The notes below the pieces were generated by a model. The model did not search any database and had not been told where the DNA came from. It worked only from the letters and a program-made list of their open reading frames with translations. A DNA stretch of 35,108 nucleotides, taken from positions 1 to 35,108 of IMG/VR virus record IMGVR_UViG_3300029474_000225. One strand, written 5' to 3'. Source of the stretch: a virus (Duplodnaviria; Heunggongvirae; Uroviricota; Caudoviricetes). A program made the position numbers and the translations under genes. This document shows, in pieces, positions 9,557 through 19,158 of the stretch (position 1 is the first letter of the stretch; every line of letters starts with the position of its first letter).

Positions 9557-11251
9557 TTAATTAAACTTTAAATTTCCATAGCGATTATTTTTCTTTTTTG
9601 TGCTATTCACATTCGTAAACATCTTAACTGAATTTGTGTTTTTCTTTGTGCCAGTAGAAGAGAAGTTCGCATGTGCAGACATATAATCTGAATGCATAAC
9701 TTTTACCTTTGTTTTAAAGTCTTCTACAGAATAATTGTCCATAGTCTTTACTAATTCAGCGAAATCAGCATTTATATAATTCCCCTCTGAATCTTTCTCT
9801 GTAAGAACAGAATAATTATCAGTATTGAGAATAGCTTCTTTCTGGGCATGAAGCTCATTCTTTTCTGCTGTCTCTTTGAACTCCTTGAGGGCGGCATAAT
9901 TTGAACGCATAGATTCAAGTTCAGCCTTCTCACTTGCTGTTAAAAGTTCACGGAATAATTCTATACGCTCACCATCAAATGAAACATTATCTCCATCTTT
10001 TGTATAGTTCTGGCGGTAAATTTTATCTGTACACCAACCCTCATATACAAAATAAGAATCAAATACATTTGAGATATAGTAATAATCATTATCCGACTCT
10101 TCATATGGGGCTAACAGATTATAGAGTGCATATCTTGTATCTTCGTGAGAAATCTCATATGTACGAACAATCTTTTCAAAAGTCTGACTTCCACCTTCAT
10201 CACCATCTGGATCAGAAGCTCCTTCGCCATCACCTTCTCCATCATTGGAAGGTTCACCAGATTCTCCGTTATCTGAATTGTCTCCGTCTGAATTGTCATC
10301 ATCGAACATCTCAGCGAATTTTGCTTCAAGTTCCTCATCTGACATTTCTGCATAGTCAAATGCTACATCTTCAACAGTTTTACCATACTTGGCAAGTAAC
10401 TCTTCAAATTTTGTCATTTTGTTATTTGTTCCTCCTTCCTTTGGTGTTTGAACAGGAGTCTGTTCTTTATTGAAATTAGAAAGTGTCTTGTTAAGATTTT
10501 CTAAGAGTTCAATCATTTTTTCATCTTTGTCAAATTTTACTGAATTGTTATTTACACTAAAATCTGCAATATCAGCACGAGAACCTTCCATGCCTTCCTG
10601 AATTTCTGTACCATCATCATGACTTCCTAACAAAGTTGAAGCATTTACATAGAAATCGTTTAATTCAAGATACTTTTCTTTGGCGTTGTAGGATAATTCA
10701 TCAATGAAAAGCTCACAGCTATTTTTTGAACCTTGTTTTGCACGAATAATTTCACAAGCCTTTGTATATTCTTCGCTAATATAAGCATAAGCACATACAT
10801 AATCTTTATCTAAATTATCATCATGTTCCCAAAACGCAGGTTCAGATGAGAAAGAGCCAACTTGAGATTCAATATATCTAAGTTCTTCATTACCTTTTTC
10901 GTCTTTAACAATTTCCATCTCATGACCTTCGAAATCCCAAGTTCCGTCTGCAAGCTGATGGATCGCCGCCAACACAGGTCTGTCAGCAATTGTATTCATT
11001 GCTTTCTCAGCAGCATCCTTTGATACATAACTCTTATTTCTGTTAAGTCCTATATGAAAAATTCTGAATTTAAGACGCATCATTCCACGATGATTTTCGT
11101 CTACGGTATCGTCTATCTCAAAAGTAGTAGGTACTTTTAAAGCCAACTGATAGCCAGTATCTTTAGAACTGAATTTTGCAAATTTCTGCTCTTGACAGAA
11201 TTTTAGTAAATCATCTTCAGTTAAAATTTTCTTTTTAATAACCTTTGGCAT
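9557..11251 (-). CDS. Prohead protease-scaffold fusion
   Basis: N-terminal protease-like region (HIGLNRNKS, KNSCEL, LLG...EGMEGSR), acidic D/G linker, coiled-coil C-terminus; between portal and capsid genes. Confidence 0.75.
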   Translation of the reverse strand: MPKVIKKKILTEDDLLKFCQEQKFAKFSSKDTGYQLALKVPTTFEIDDTVDENHRGMMRLKFRIFHIGLNRNKSYVSKDAAEKAMNTIADRPVLAAIHQLADGTWDFEGHEMEIVKDEKGNEELRYIESQVGSFSSEPAFWEHDDNLDKDYVCAYAYISEEYTKACEIIRAKQGSKNSCELFIDELSYNAKEKYLELNDFYVNASTLLGSHDDGTEIQEGMEGSRADIADFSVNNNSVKFDKDEKMIELLENLNKTLSNFNKEQTPVQTPKEGGTNNKMTKFEELLAKYGKTVEDVAFDYAEMSDEELEAKFAEMFDDDNSDGDNSDNGESGEPSNDGEGDGEGASDPDGDEGGSQTFEKIVRTYEISHEDTRYALYNLLAPYEESDNDYYYISNVFDSYFVYEGWCTDKIYRQNYTKDGDNVSFDGERIELFRELLTASEKAELESMRSNYAALKEFKETAEKNELHAQKEAILNTDNYSVLTEKDSEGNYINADFAELVKTMDNYSVEDFKTKVKVMHSDYMSAHANFSSTGTKKNTNSVKMFTNVNSTKKKNNRYGNLKFN

Positions 11252-11305
11252 CTACTTAATCTTTTCCTCCTTTCTGACATAATAAAAGTCGCCCAAGGAA
11301 GACGA

Positions 11306-11485
11306 CTAAAATGTAAGCATACTTGTATACTTTAATTTATTTATATCTATATTTTCTGAAAACCGAAGAGTATCAGTATTCAAAAATACATAAATACCAT
11401 TAGAATTTTGCACCTGTTGATATCCTAATTGAGATAGGAGAGTAGCAGTAGGTGCATCTTGCGTTTGTATAAATTTTTGATTCAT
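11306..11485 (-). CDS. Small hypothetical protein, 59 aa (MNQKFIQTQD...SMLTF)
   Basis: Read by hand; SD AGGAG overlaps the portal stop. Confidence 0.75.
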   Translation of the reverse strand: MNQKFIQTQDAPTATLLSQLGYQQVQNSNGIYVFLNTDTLRFSENIDINKLKYTSMLTF

Positions 11486-11496
11486 TCCATCAACTC

Positions 11497-13074
11497 CTAT
11501 TTATCATTTAAATTCTCGTCTCTTGTACGAAGTCCCGCATCTGTAAGTTCCGAATCATCCTTCTCTTGACCACCGCCTTTATCATTACCTGTCTGAGTAT
11601 AAGTGCTAGATAGTGGCTTGAATTTTGAACTAAGCTGCAAACAGTCTTCTTCCAAAAAGTTCATAGATAACGTATCTTTTTCAGACACACCATTTAGTGT
11701 GTTATAAAGAATTTTGTTTGGCAATCCATTGGTACATGATTCCAAGATTGATTTTCTAAAGTCATCTTTCTGATAAATAGAGACATCAAAGAATTTAACT
11801 TTACAGGGTTCAGATATCCAACTAGATAAAAGTCGATTTACAATCGCTTGAATCTGTGGAATAAGAGTTGAAATAGAAAATGTAGAATCTGCAAGTACGC
11901 CATATTTAAAAGCAGTAGAGTTAGAAGCGGAGTTTAAATTTAATATCTGAGCACCACCAGCCGTATTGAGAATTTCTTTTGTAGCTTTTTCAACCTTTGT
12001 AACATCACCTGTTGCATCATCTGGAAAACTAATTTCATGTAATTCACCAGGAACAATAGCAGCGGAAATATAAGGAGGTAATGCTTCTTCAAGCATACGA
12101 TTGAAATACTGAATCATTATATCTGGATTTACAGCCCAATCATCTACATCATTACCCATAGTTTTCATTTCAAGCCATACTAATTTATAAATATTAGCTG
12201 CTTGTTGAACTGCTTGATAATCAGAAGCGTCCATAAGATCAATCAATGATAAAAATATAGGTGTAAGCACGGGAACGATGGTTTCCCAGTCTTCAGACCT
12301 AAATTTAATACATACATTATATTCTTCGGGAATTAGCTGATATTTTTCATTTGTACTCTGATATGTATTCCACATACTATTAAATGGTTCGCCCCAATAT
12401 TCAAGAAGTTCCTGATGACTACGGAAATAACTCATATCCATAGCTCCTGCAAATGAACCATCAGGAAACATACCTGCTATTTTCATATAATCTGGATCTA
12501 ATGGAAGAACAAACATTCCTTGTCCCTCTGTATAGTAAGCACATCCATAAAATACATCTTCTCTTAAAGTGATAGACGCAGCTTTACGAAATTCATAATT
12601 CAATCCTAGAGTGTCAACTATATCAACTGTTTCTTGATACTTTTGTAATGTGGATTGCACATCATTTTCGCCTGAGATTATAAATGGAGGAACTATATTA
12701 CGAATTGTAAGATCAATCTGATTTGCATAATATTTACAAAGACGATAATAGATTTCTGAACGATAATAAAGATAACGAGATAAGCTTCGTAGATTCTTTT
12801 CATTAGAAGAGATATTCTTTATGTATGTTTTTACATCTTCCTTTGAGTAGTTACTGATTGACGTATATCTGGATGATTTCTGAATATCTCGAAGACTTGT
12901 AATTGCACTTGTTGCATCTTCATAACGTTCAAGTCTACTTTTATTTTTCTCATACCATTCACGCATTTCATTTGCGGTTGGCTGTTTTGGAGTAGAAGAA
13001 GTAGTTTTCTTCTGTGAATTATTTACTTTAGCAGGTGCATTAGAATTTGCATCTACTTTCTTAGGTCTAGGCAT
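11497..13074 (-). CDS. Portal protein
   Basis: 525 aa helical protein right after the large terminase; ends PLSSTYTQTG...GG. Confidence 0.8.
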   Translation of the reverse strand: MPRPKKVDANSNAPAKVNNSQKKTTSSTPKQPTANEMREWYEKNKSRLERYEDATSAITSLRDIQKSSRYTSISNYSKEDVKTYIKNISSNEKNLRSLSRYLYYRSEIYYRLCKYYANQIDLTIRNIVPPFIISGENDVQSTLQKYQETVDIVDTLGLNYEFRKAASITLREDVFYGCAYYTEGQGMFVLPLDPDYMKIAGMFPDGSFAGAMDMSYFRSHQELLEYWGEPFNSMWNTYQSTNEKYQLIPEEYNVCIKFRSEDWETIVPVLTPIFLSLIDLMDASDYQAVQQAANIYKLVWLEMKTMGNDVDDWAVNPDIMIQYFNRMLEEALPPYISAAIVPGELHEISFPDDATGDVTKVEKATKEILNTAGGAQILNLNSASNSTAFKYGVLADSTFSISTLIPQIQAIVNRLLSSWISEPCKVKFFDVSIYQKDDFRKSILESCTNGLPNKILYNTLNGVSEKDTLSMNFLEEDCLQLSSKFKPLSSTYTQTGNDKGGGQEKDDSELTDAGLRTRDENLNDK

Positions 13075-13092
13075 ATTTGATAATGCACCTCC

Positions 13093-15087
13093 TTAATTGT
13101 ATTTTGCTTTACGGATTGTAAGCTTATTGATGAAACTTGTGGCATCACTATATGAAAGTTTTCTGTTAGTAATATTCTCACGTCTCATATTAGAAAGTTG
13201 CCAGCCCATTAAGGCGCACACATAGGCTTTATCATCGTTTAGCTTTCCTGCTTTATCAGGCGCAAGGTCAAATCTATCTCGACCATTACTTTGATTAAAA
13301 CGATAAATATTAACAAGCTCTGTTTTCATACTATCAATCAATTTTAATGAGAGTTCTTCATCTCTTTCAAGATGCCTGATTTTATTTTCAATAGTTATAC
13401 CTTTTTTCTTAAGTTCTTTTTCCTCTTTCTCAGATGGGTATGTATATCTCTGTTTCATTTCTCCATTTGGATATTTCTCGTATAAAAGAGTTAAATATCC
13501 TTTATGCATATATTCTTCTGTAAACTCAATCAAATTCTGTTGCATCATTTTAATCAATGCTTCAAACAAATCTGGTTTATATTTTGCAGGAGAAATAAGA
13601 TGGAGAATACCATCTATGGCATTTGGAAATTTTGTCTTCATTTTTTCATCTGGTCTAAATTCTGAATCAATAAGACCACGATGCATAACGCCTTTTTCAT
13701 CTTCCCAATCTTCACAAAGAAAATCAGTAATGGGTACACCCGCACCCCCAGATCCGCTATCCACTAGAATAGCAAGTATATTTTCATAATCTGCATTTCC
13801 TTCTCCATTGTAATCAAGAATAATTTGTTTTAATGCCTTAATCTGATTAGGTGTACTCATTGGTGTTTTCTTTTTGGTAAGAACATCAGCTAACTGAATT
13901 ACATTTACAATACGAGCTTTCCAACCAACATTTTCATCACAATAAACTTCAGTTACAAGTACAACAGATCGGTCGGCAAGTCTAGCAGGATCATACGTGA
14001 TAATATATTTAGAAGCACCATCCTTATTTTTTAAATCTGGAACACGAGGTACTGAATTACGAATAATATCAGCACGTCTTATAATCTGACCGTCACCACC
14101 CTCAGAGGTGAAGATGTTCCCGTATTCTCTTAGACCTGCTTCTTTATCTTCACGCATACGAGCGTCAACAACTTCTTGAGTAAGAAGAGGTTTTGGCATT
14201 AACACACCGCCTTTGGTAGCTTTGATAACTGTATCAGCATTTATATCTGCACAAAAATAACGCTTATCACCAGCATCCATGTGTAAACTGCATTCTCTAT
14301 ATTTTCGGAATAAATATTGGTCAGTACGACCAGCAGAGGAAGCGTAGATAAGCTGATTAGGAAACATTGGTGGCTCAATTAAAGCATCTGTTGCATCATA
14401 ATCAACACCATCACCAAATTCGGAGTTCTGAGTACAGAATGGTTCAGAGGTTTCAAATAATTCATCTGGCGAATTCATACATTCATCATAAAAATTGCAA
14501 TTTGAACGTTTTGATCTATTGTTATCATAAGCACCATTTAAGGTATAACATGCGCTATTATTGTAAAGATGGAACTGATAGCTTGATGGATTATGTGTGA
14601 ATCCATTGCTATTCGCTTGACTTTTAACAACTTCTCCTTGAAAAACATCCGTTAATGTCTTAAAGGAAGGAATTGCATTAAAAGCTAATTTCTCTATCTT
14701 GGAAAATAATTCTATACTTTGAGATCCGACACCGCAGAGTATATATGCAGAAAAATTGGGCACGAGTAAAGTACGTGTCATTAAATAGATTGCACCTAAA
14801 ATAGATTTTCCTGAGTTACGTCCCATACACCACACAACAAATTGTGCATTCCACGTATTCATAAAAACATAACGTTGATAGTCCATCATAGAAATTCCGA
14901 ATATTTGTTCCGCAAATAAAACTGGGTTGCGCCTGCCCCATTGTATAAATTCGGAAATTTGCTTTTGTTCTTCTAATTGCTTTTGAGTTAGTCCATAATT
15001 TAATTTAGCATCAAAAAACTTATAATCATCTGGAACTAAAATTCCACTATCAGTCGTTTTCAATGATTCTATAATTCTCATCAACAA
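13093..15087 (-). CDS. terL: Terminase large subunit
   Basis: Walker A GRNSGKS, Walker B FYDE, YASSAG motif, nuclease TYDPA and NDD; exact start uncertain. Confidence 0.92.
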   Translation of the reverse strand: MLMRIIESLKTTDSGILVPDDYKFFDAKLNYGLTQKQLEEQKQISEFIQWGRRNPVLFAEQIFGISMMDYQRYVFMNTWNAQFVVWCMGRNSGKSILGAIYLMTRTLLVPNFSAYILCGVGSQSIELFSKIEKLAFNAIPSFKTLTDVFQGEVVKSQANSNGFTHNPSSYQFHLYNNSACYTLNGAYDNNRSKRSNCNFYDECMNSPDELFETSEPFCTQNSEFGDGVDYDATDALIEPPMFPNQLIYASSAGRTDQYLFRKYRECSLHMDAGDKRYFCADINADTVIKATKGGVLMPKPLLTQEVVDARMREDKEAGLREYGNIFTSEGGDGQIIRRADIIRNSVPRVPDLKNKDGASKYIITYDPARLADRSVVLVTEVYCDENVGWKARIVNVIQLADVLTKKKTPMSTPNQIKALKQIILDYNGEGNADYENILAILVDSGSGGAGVPITDFLCEDWEDEKGVMHRGLIDSEFRPDEKMKTKFPNAIDGILHLISPAKYKPDLFEALIKMMQQNLIEFTEEYMHKGYLTLLYEKYPNGEMKQRYTYPSEKEEKELKKKGITIENKIRHLERDEELSLKLIDSMKTELVNIYRFNQSNGRDRFDLAPDKAGKLNDDKAYVCALMGWQLSNMRRENITNRKLSYSDATSFINKLTIRKAKYN

Positions 15088-16267
15088 GACCTTTATTGCG
15101 AAGATAATCTTTCAAATCCTTATTTTCCATAAGTAATTTTCGAGCATCCTCAACTGCCTTGTCTCTTTCTTTGCTCAACTTTTCGACTAACTCAACTTTT
15201 ATATCTTTTATTTCTTGAGCAATATTTTCATCATATCCAATTTGCTTATGACGAGCAGCTTCACTAATTTCTGCCACTTGTTTCATACCTTCACATGTAC
15301 CTATATCAAAGGAATTGATTTTTGCATCACGCAAGCCTATTTCTGTTAATTTTTTAATTTTACCAGATAGGGTATTAGCACCTTTGGATTTATTATTATT
15401 AAAATTAACTGATATACCATTATCTTTCGCAAGAGTAGAGGCAACATTCATAAGTTTCTGTGAGCTACTTGCCATTTTATCAATTAAAGGCATGTTATCA
15501 GCAGCATGAGATGAGTCGCTGATATATTTATCAATCTGATCATTCAGTTTTTCAGCCTGATTAAGCTTTTTAACAATCTGTATGACAGCACCCATTTTCA
15601 TACCATCATTTTTTGTCTCGTCATCAATAAATGAATTCAACTGAGCGTATAAAATAGGTTTATCTTCTTCGACAGGATAATTCTCAAATGGATCATACCC
15701 AATAGCATGAATTGTATCTCGTCTATTCATTTTGTACTGCTCAAGAATTTCTTCATTCTTTTCTCGTACAATATTATTATTTTCCTTTTGAGATTCCTCA
15801 ATTTTTTCTGTTTGCTCAGTTTGCAATCCATCAGAATCCTGGTACGTTAGACAATTCCAGTTTCCCATAGCAATGTTTTTTGAATACGCCGCCCAAACAT
15901 TTGATTTAATTTTTCCTGATGCAAGATTTTCAGACTCAGCAATACTAGCATCCCATACTGTCTCTAAGAATGGTTTGTTAAGGTATCGTAGGGCAAGTCG
16001 TACTGAAATTTTATCTGGCTCATGTTCAACTTTATCCTTACCAATTGACAATGCTAAACGTTTTGCACAGTCTTTACAAATAGGAGTAAGACCACTTTTA
16101 TTTAATGGATCTGTACTTACATAAAATTTATCCCTTGCTTTATGCGTGTTACATAGATAACACCATGCACCATCTTTTAATGTCTGTACTTTATTTTCCA
16201 AATCTTCAATTCGTTTCTTAGCTTGTGCAACTGTCATTTTCGTTGCAGATTCTTTTGCTGTTGCCAA
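15050..16267 (-). CDS. Putative terminase small subunit with N-terminal Zn finger
   Basis: CYLC...CKDC motif, coiled-coil body, overlaps the terL start. Confidence 0.6.
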   Translation of the reverse strand: MATAKESATKMTVAQAKKRIEDLENKVQTLKDGAWCYLCNTHKARDKFYVSTDPLNKSGLTPICKDCAKRLALSIGKDKVEHEPDKISVRLALRYLNKPFLETVWDASIAESENLASGKIKSNVWAAYSKNIAMGNWNCLTYQDSDGLQTEQTEKIEESQKENNNIVREKNEEILEQYKMNRRDTIHAIGYDPFENYPVEEDKPILYAQLNSFIDDETKNDGMKMGAVIQIVKKLNQAEKLNDQIDKYISDSSHAADNMPLIDKMASSSQKLMNVASTLAKDNGISVNFNNNKSKGANTLSGKIKKLTEIGLRDAKINSFDIGTCEGMKQVAEISEAARHKQIGYDENIAQEIKDIKVELVEKLSKERDKAVEDARKLLMENKDLKDYLRNKGLVDENYRIIEND

Positions 16268-16299
16268 TAACAGTCACTTCCTTTCTTTCCAATAAAAAT

Positions 16300-16328
16300 A
16301 GAAGAGTGGTTAAGCAACACACTCTTCT
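16300..16328 (-). terminator. Terminator overlapping the stop codon of the nuclease gene
   Basis: AGAAGAGTG/CACTCTTCT inverted repeat plus T-run. Confidence 0.6.
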
Positions 16329-17668
16329 TTGACAAGTCCAAGTCTTTCGACTAATATATTTTCCATATTTTTATATTCACTTTGTTTAATTCTAATAAGT
16401 TCTATATCATTATCTTTACAATAGTTATTTTTTATTTCATCGTGTTTCTTTCGTTTTTCAAACTCTTTAATTCCACCAAATCTTTCTACGGGCATATCAT
16501 GTTGCAATCCATCAGTCTCAATACAATATTCCTTATTATTCAGTTTTAAATAAAAATCATATCTTAGTTTTATTTTTGCCACACAACCATCAAAGGTTTT
16601 CTGTGTTTCATAATTTAGATGGTATTTATCAAGAATAAATTGACAATGAGTTTCGATTTGACTTTTAGATAAAAGTGGATGTTTACAATAAGAAGAAATC
16701 ATTGCTCCAACAGTTTGCTCAAATATTGGACTAGCTCCTTCTGGTAAATCATTTCCAAGATATTTCCATTTGTATTTTTGTTTATAACCATGATATTCAT
16801 TATTTAAAAATTCATAGTCAGGTCTATACAATTTCATAAATAGATTGATGTTATATACAGCATACTTATTGTTTTTTAAAATACTAAAACCATAATCTCT
16901 TCGTAATAAGAAATGTATTCTAACTTGATAAATAAAACCAATATCATCCTTACAATATACAGGTTTATGCGAAGATTCATAATCTGATTCATCAATCATA
17001 GTAAAACCATTTTCTGCAAGATAATCTCTCGCATTATCTAATGTCCAATCGGTCTTATTTTCTCTATCATAATAACAAAGTTTACATCCTGTACCACCAT
17101 GTCTTATATGATTCCAATCAGCCCAATATGGTTCATGTGATTTATTTGGACATTGAAGCTTTACTTTTACTTTAGCATTTTCTTTTTTGATTTCTAAAAT
17201 AAGATATCCATTTTTATTGTTATCAAGCCATTGTTGACAAGTTTCAATATTCCAATATGAATATGGAATAATATCATTACAAAATGGACAATAAGTAGTT
17301 CCTCTTCTTAGGTTATTCAAAGTTCTTTTAAAGTGATGATTTTCTTTACATTTAAGAGTAAGTGCGTTATTTATACAAGATAAATCACCGTCAACATATT
17401 CAAAGCCATATATAGATATTTCTTTTATTTTCTGCTCAGGTGTTAATGCCACATAAGGTTTTTCTTTTTTACATTCCTTACACGAAAATCTACCTACCTT
17501 AACATATTTCCATGCATATTTCATTTTGTTATTCGGATGTTTTAAACAATGACAATCCGATTTTTCAAGATGATTAAAATCTTCTCTTGGAGTATCAAGA
17601 TATAAGCCTCGTTCTTGAAATCCGTAAAACGCTTCTTCATAACTATTCTTTTTGTATTTTTGTTCCAT
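16310..17668 (-). CDS. Free-standing homing-endonuclease-like protein: Zn-ribbon repeats plus C-terminal Vsr/DUF559-like PD-(D/E)XK domain
   Basis: Repeated C-x2-3-H...CxxC units; LRYDFYL...CIETDGLQHD...DEIKNNYC...LIRI. Confidence 0.75.
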   Translation of the reverse strand: MEQKYKKNSYEEAFYGFQERGLYLDTPREDFNHLEKSDCHCLKHPNNKMKYAWKYVKVGRFSCKECKKEKPYVALTPEQKIKEISIYGFEYVDGDLSCINNALTLKCKENHHFKRTLNNLRRGTTYCPFCNDIIPYSYWNIETCQQWLDNNKNGYLILEIKKENAKVKVKLQCPNKSHEPYWADWNHIRHGGTGCKLCYYDRENKTDWTLDNARDYLAENGFTMIDESDYESSHKPVYCKDDIGFIYQVRIHFLLRRDYGFSILKNNKYAVYNINLFMKLYRPDYEFLNNEYHGYKQKYKWKYLGNDLPEGASPIFEQTVGAMISSYCKHPLLSKSQIETHCQFILDKYHLNYETQKTFDGCVAKIKLRYDFYLKLNNKEYCIETDGLQHDMPVERFGGIKEFEKRKKHDEIKNNYCKDNDIELIRIKQSEYKNMENILVERLGLVKEECVA

Positions 17669-17831
17669 TCATCATTTCTCCAATCTCTCCATATCAACAA
17701 CAATAATAGAAGAGAAGAGTGGCTGGATATGGAGTACAGCCATTCACGAAGATGATCAGTCCTCGTTATTCTTCCCTTGATCCCAACTACCTGCAATCGA
17801 AACAGTAACAATCCTCTCATAATTGGCTATA

Positions 17832-17843
17832 TATTTATTCTCT
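17832..17843 (-). promoter_or_regulatory. Conserved phage promoter-like motif AGAGAATAAATA
   Basis: One of seven intergenic same-orientation copies of RGAGAATAWAYA. Confidence 0.65.
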
Positions 17844-17948
17844 TTTTAAATTCCATCACAACACAAAAAGAAGCCACTTCATGCGAAATGACTTCTCATA
17901 ATTTCCGATATTAAATTTCCAATGAAAGTGCAAATTCTTGACACTTAA

Positions 17949-18021
17949 CACACATTCTACGATTTGAACATAGACCTGACGATTTTGGAGATCGTTGCTC
18001 TACCAATTAAGCTAAAGGTGT
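17949..18021 (-). tRNA. tRNA-Trp (CCA)
   Basis: Anticodon arm ACGAT-CTCCAAA-ATCGT, T arm CTATG-TTCAAAT-CGTAG, G73; one acceptor mismatch (C5.U68). Confidence 0.88.
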
Positions 18022-18065
18022 ATATAATAAAAGAGCCATCTCTTATGAAATGACTCTTTCTTGAA

Positions 18066-18139
18066 TCTGGATAACAGGACTTGAACCTGCGGAATCATGA
18101 TCCCAAATCATGCATTCTACCAAACTGAATTATATCCAG
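18066..18139 (-). tRNA. tRNA-Pro (UGG)
   Basis: Acceptor CTGGATA/TATCCAG, anticodon arm CATGA-TTTGGGA-TCATG, GGTTCAAGTCC. Confidence 0.92.
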
Positions 18140-18194
18140 ATAATATTTTTAAAATTTCTCCACATACTAATCAAAACATCTAAGGAGAACACCC

Positions 18195-18863
18195 ATGAAC
18201 ACATCATACAAAACAGCAATTCAATTCAAAGATTTATATATTCCCGTAAAAATGTTAAAAACATCACACAATAGTTCTATAGAACTTAATCAACTCTGCA
18301 AAGACTCCAAAGAAAGAGTGCGTTATATCAAATTTTGTCCATCTTGTAATAAAGAAATCCACAATGAAGATATTGTAAAAGGATATAAATATGCAGAAGA
18401 TAAGTATGTTATTTTGGAACAACATGATATAGAATCAATTACATCAAACAAAGATAGAACACTTTCAATAAAATATTTCTGTAAATCAAAGGAAATATCA
18501 GACCTACTCATAGATAAATCATATTATTTAATTCCTGAAATGGAGTCAGAAATCGAATATGAACTTCTTCGTAAAGCTATGACTATGAATAGAGTAGTAG
18601 GTATGGCTGAAATTGTATTGGGTACAAAACAAGAATTAGTTGCGTTGTTTGCCAATAAGAATTGTATTATTGCAACCATTTTATTTTATGAGAACGAGAT
18701 TAACGAATTACCGATTATCATGAAGCATAAAACAGATAAACAGCAACTCGAAAATCTCAAACAAGATATCTTAGATAATACAAAAGAATTTGATTTGGAA
18801 TCTCATTATGATAAATATCAACTCAAGTTAAGAAAATTGATATTTGATAAAATTCCAAAATGA
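18195..18863 (+). CDS. ku: Ku DNA end-binding protein (core domain only)
   Basis: IQFKDLYIPVKM, RVRYIKFCPSC, DIVKGYKY...YVIL and KSYYLIP motifs; SD AAGGAG; the only credible plus-strand gene. Confidence 0.92.
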   Translation: MNTSYKTAIQFKDLYIPVKMLKTSHNSSIELNQLCKDSKERVRYIKFCPSCNKEIHNEDIVKGYKYAEDKYVILEQHDIESITSNKDRTLSIKYFCKSKEISDLLIDKSYYLIPEMESEIEYELLRKAMTMNRVVGMAEIVLGTKQELVALFANKNCIIATILFYENEINELPIIMKHKTDKQQLENLKQDILDNTKEFDLESHYDKYQLKLRKLIFDKIPK

Positions 18864-18867
18864 TATT

Positions 18868-19050
18868 GCCTTTCTCATTCCATCCTCGAATGGCGAGCTT
18901 TCATCTAAACTGCATAGGACGTATCCTATTGTTACAACAGTACCAGTCCGAAGACCGCAAAGGGCATAGGACGGTAGTAAGTGTTGAGCTTACACGCCTA
19001 AGTTCCGTATGCATCCAAAAAATAGGTTTTGGCATCAGGTTTACCGCATA
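18868..19050 (-). ncRNA. Unassigned structured RNA(s) downstream of tRNA-Glu
   Basis: GGTC-TTCG-GACT and ATAGGA-TACG-TCCTAT UNCG hairpins, closing GCC(C)TTT/AAAGGC, adjacent long hairpin. Confidence 0.5.
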
Positions 19051-19055
19051 AAAAA

Positions 19056-19126
19056 TAGGGCATAACGGACTCGAACCGATACTCATGGAATGAAAATCCA
19101 TTGTCTTACCTTTTGACTAATGCCCC
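19056..19126 (-). tRNA. tRNA-Glu (UUC)
   Basis: Acceptor GGGGCAT/ATGCCCT, anticodon arm ATGGA-TTTTCAT-TCCAT, GGTTCGAGTCC. Confidence 0.88.
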
Positions 19127-19158
19127 ATATTTAGGGTGGAAAAATACCACCCATTATT

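Noticed and set aside
10190..10310. Low-complexity repeats (TCTCCGT..TCTGAATTG)
   Set aside because: They encode the acidic D/G linker of the protease-scaffold; not a DNA repeat element
794..16124. Plus-strand ORF-track entries (794, 2530, 3138, 6704, 7071, 7823, 7935, 9934, 14367, 15315, 15873) and nested minus-strand ORFs
   Set aside because: Shadows of well-supported minus-strand genes; no SD or recognisable motifs
17542..17820. 92-aa minus-strand ORF over the nuclease leader
   Set aside because: Overlaps the nuclease start out of frame, lacks an SD and coincides with a structured leader
19023..19055. Possible theta/HDV-like ribozyme after tRNA 3-prime ends
   Set aside because: Could not build the nested double pseudoknot or find the catalytic C strand here or after the other tRNAs
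18860..19101. 63-aa and 66-aa ORFs
   Set aside because: They overlap tRNA-Glu and the UNCG-hairpin RNA; composition is not protein-like
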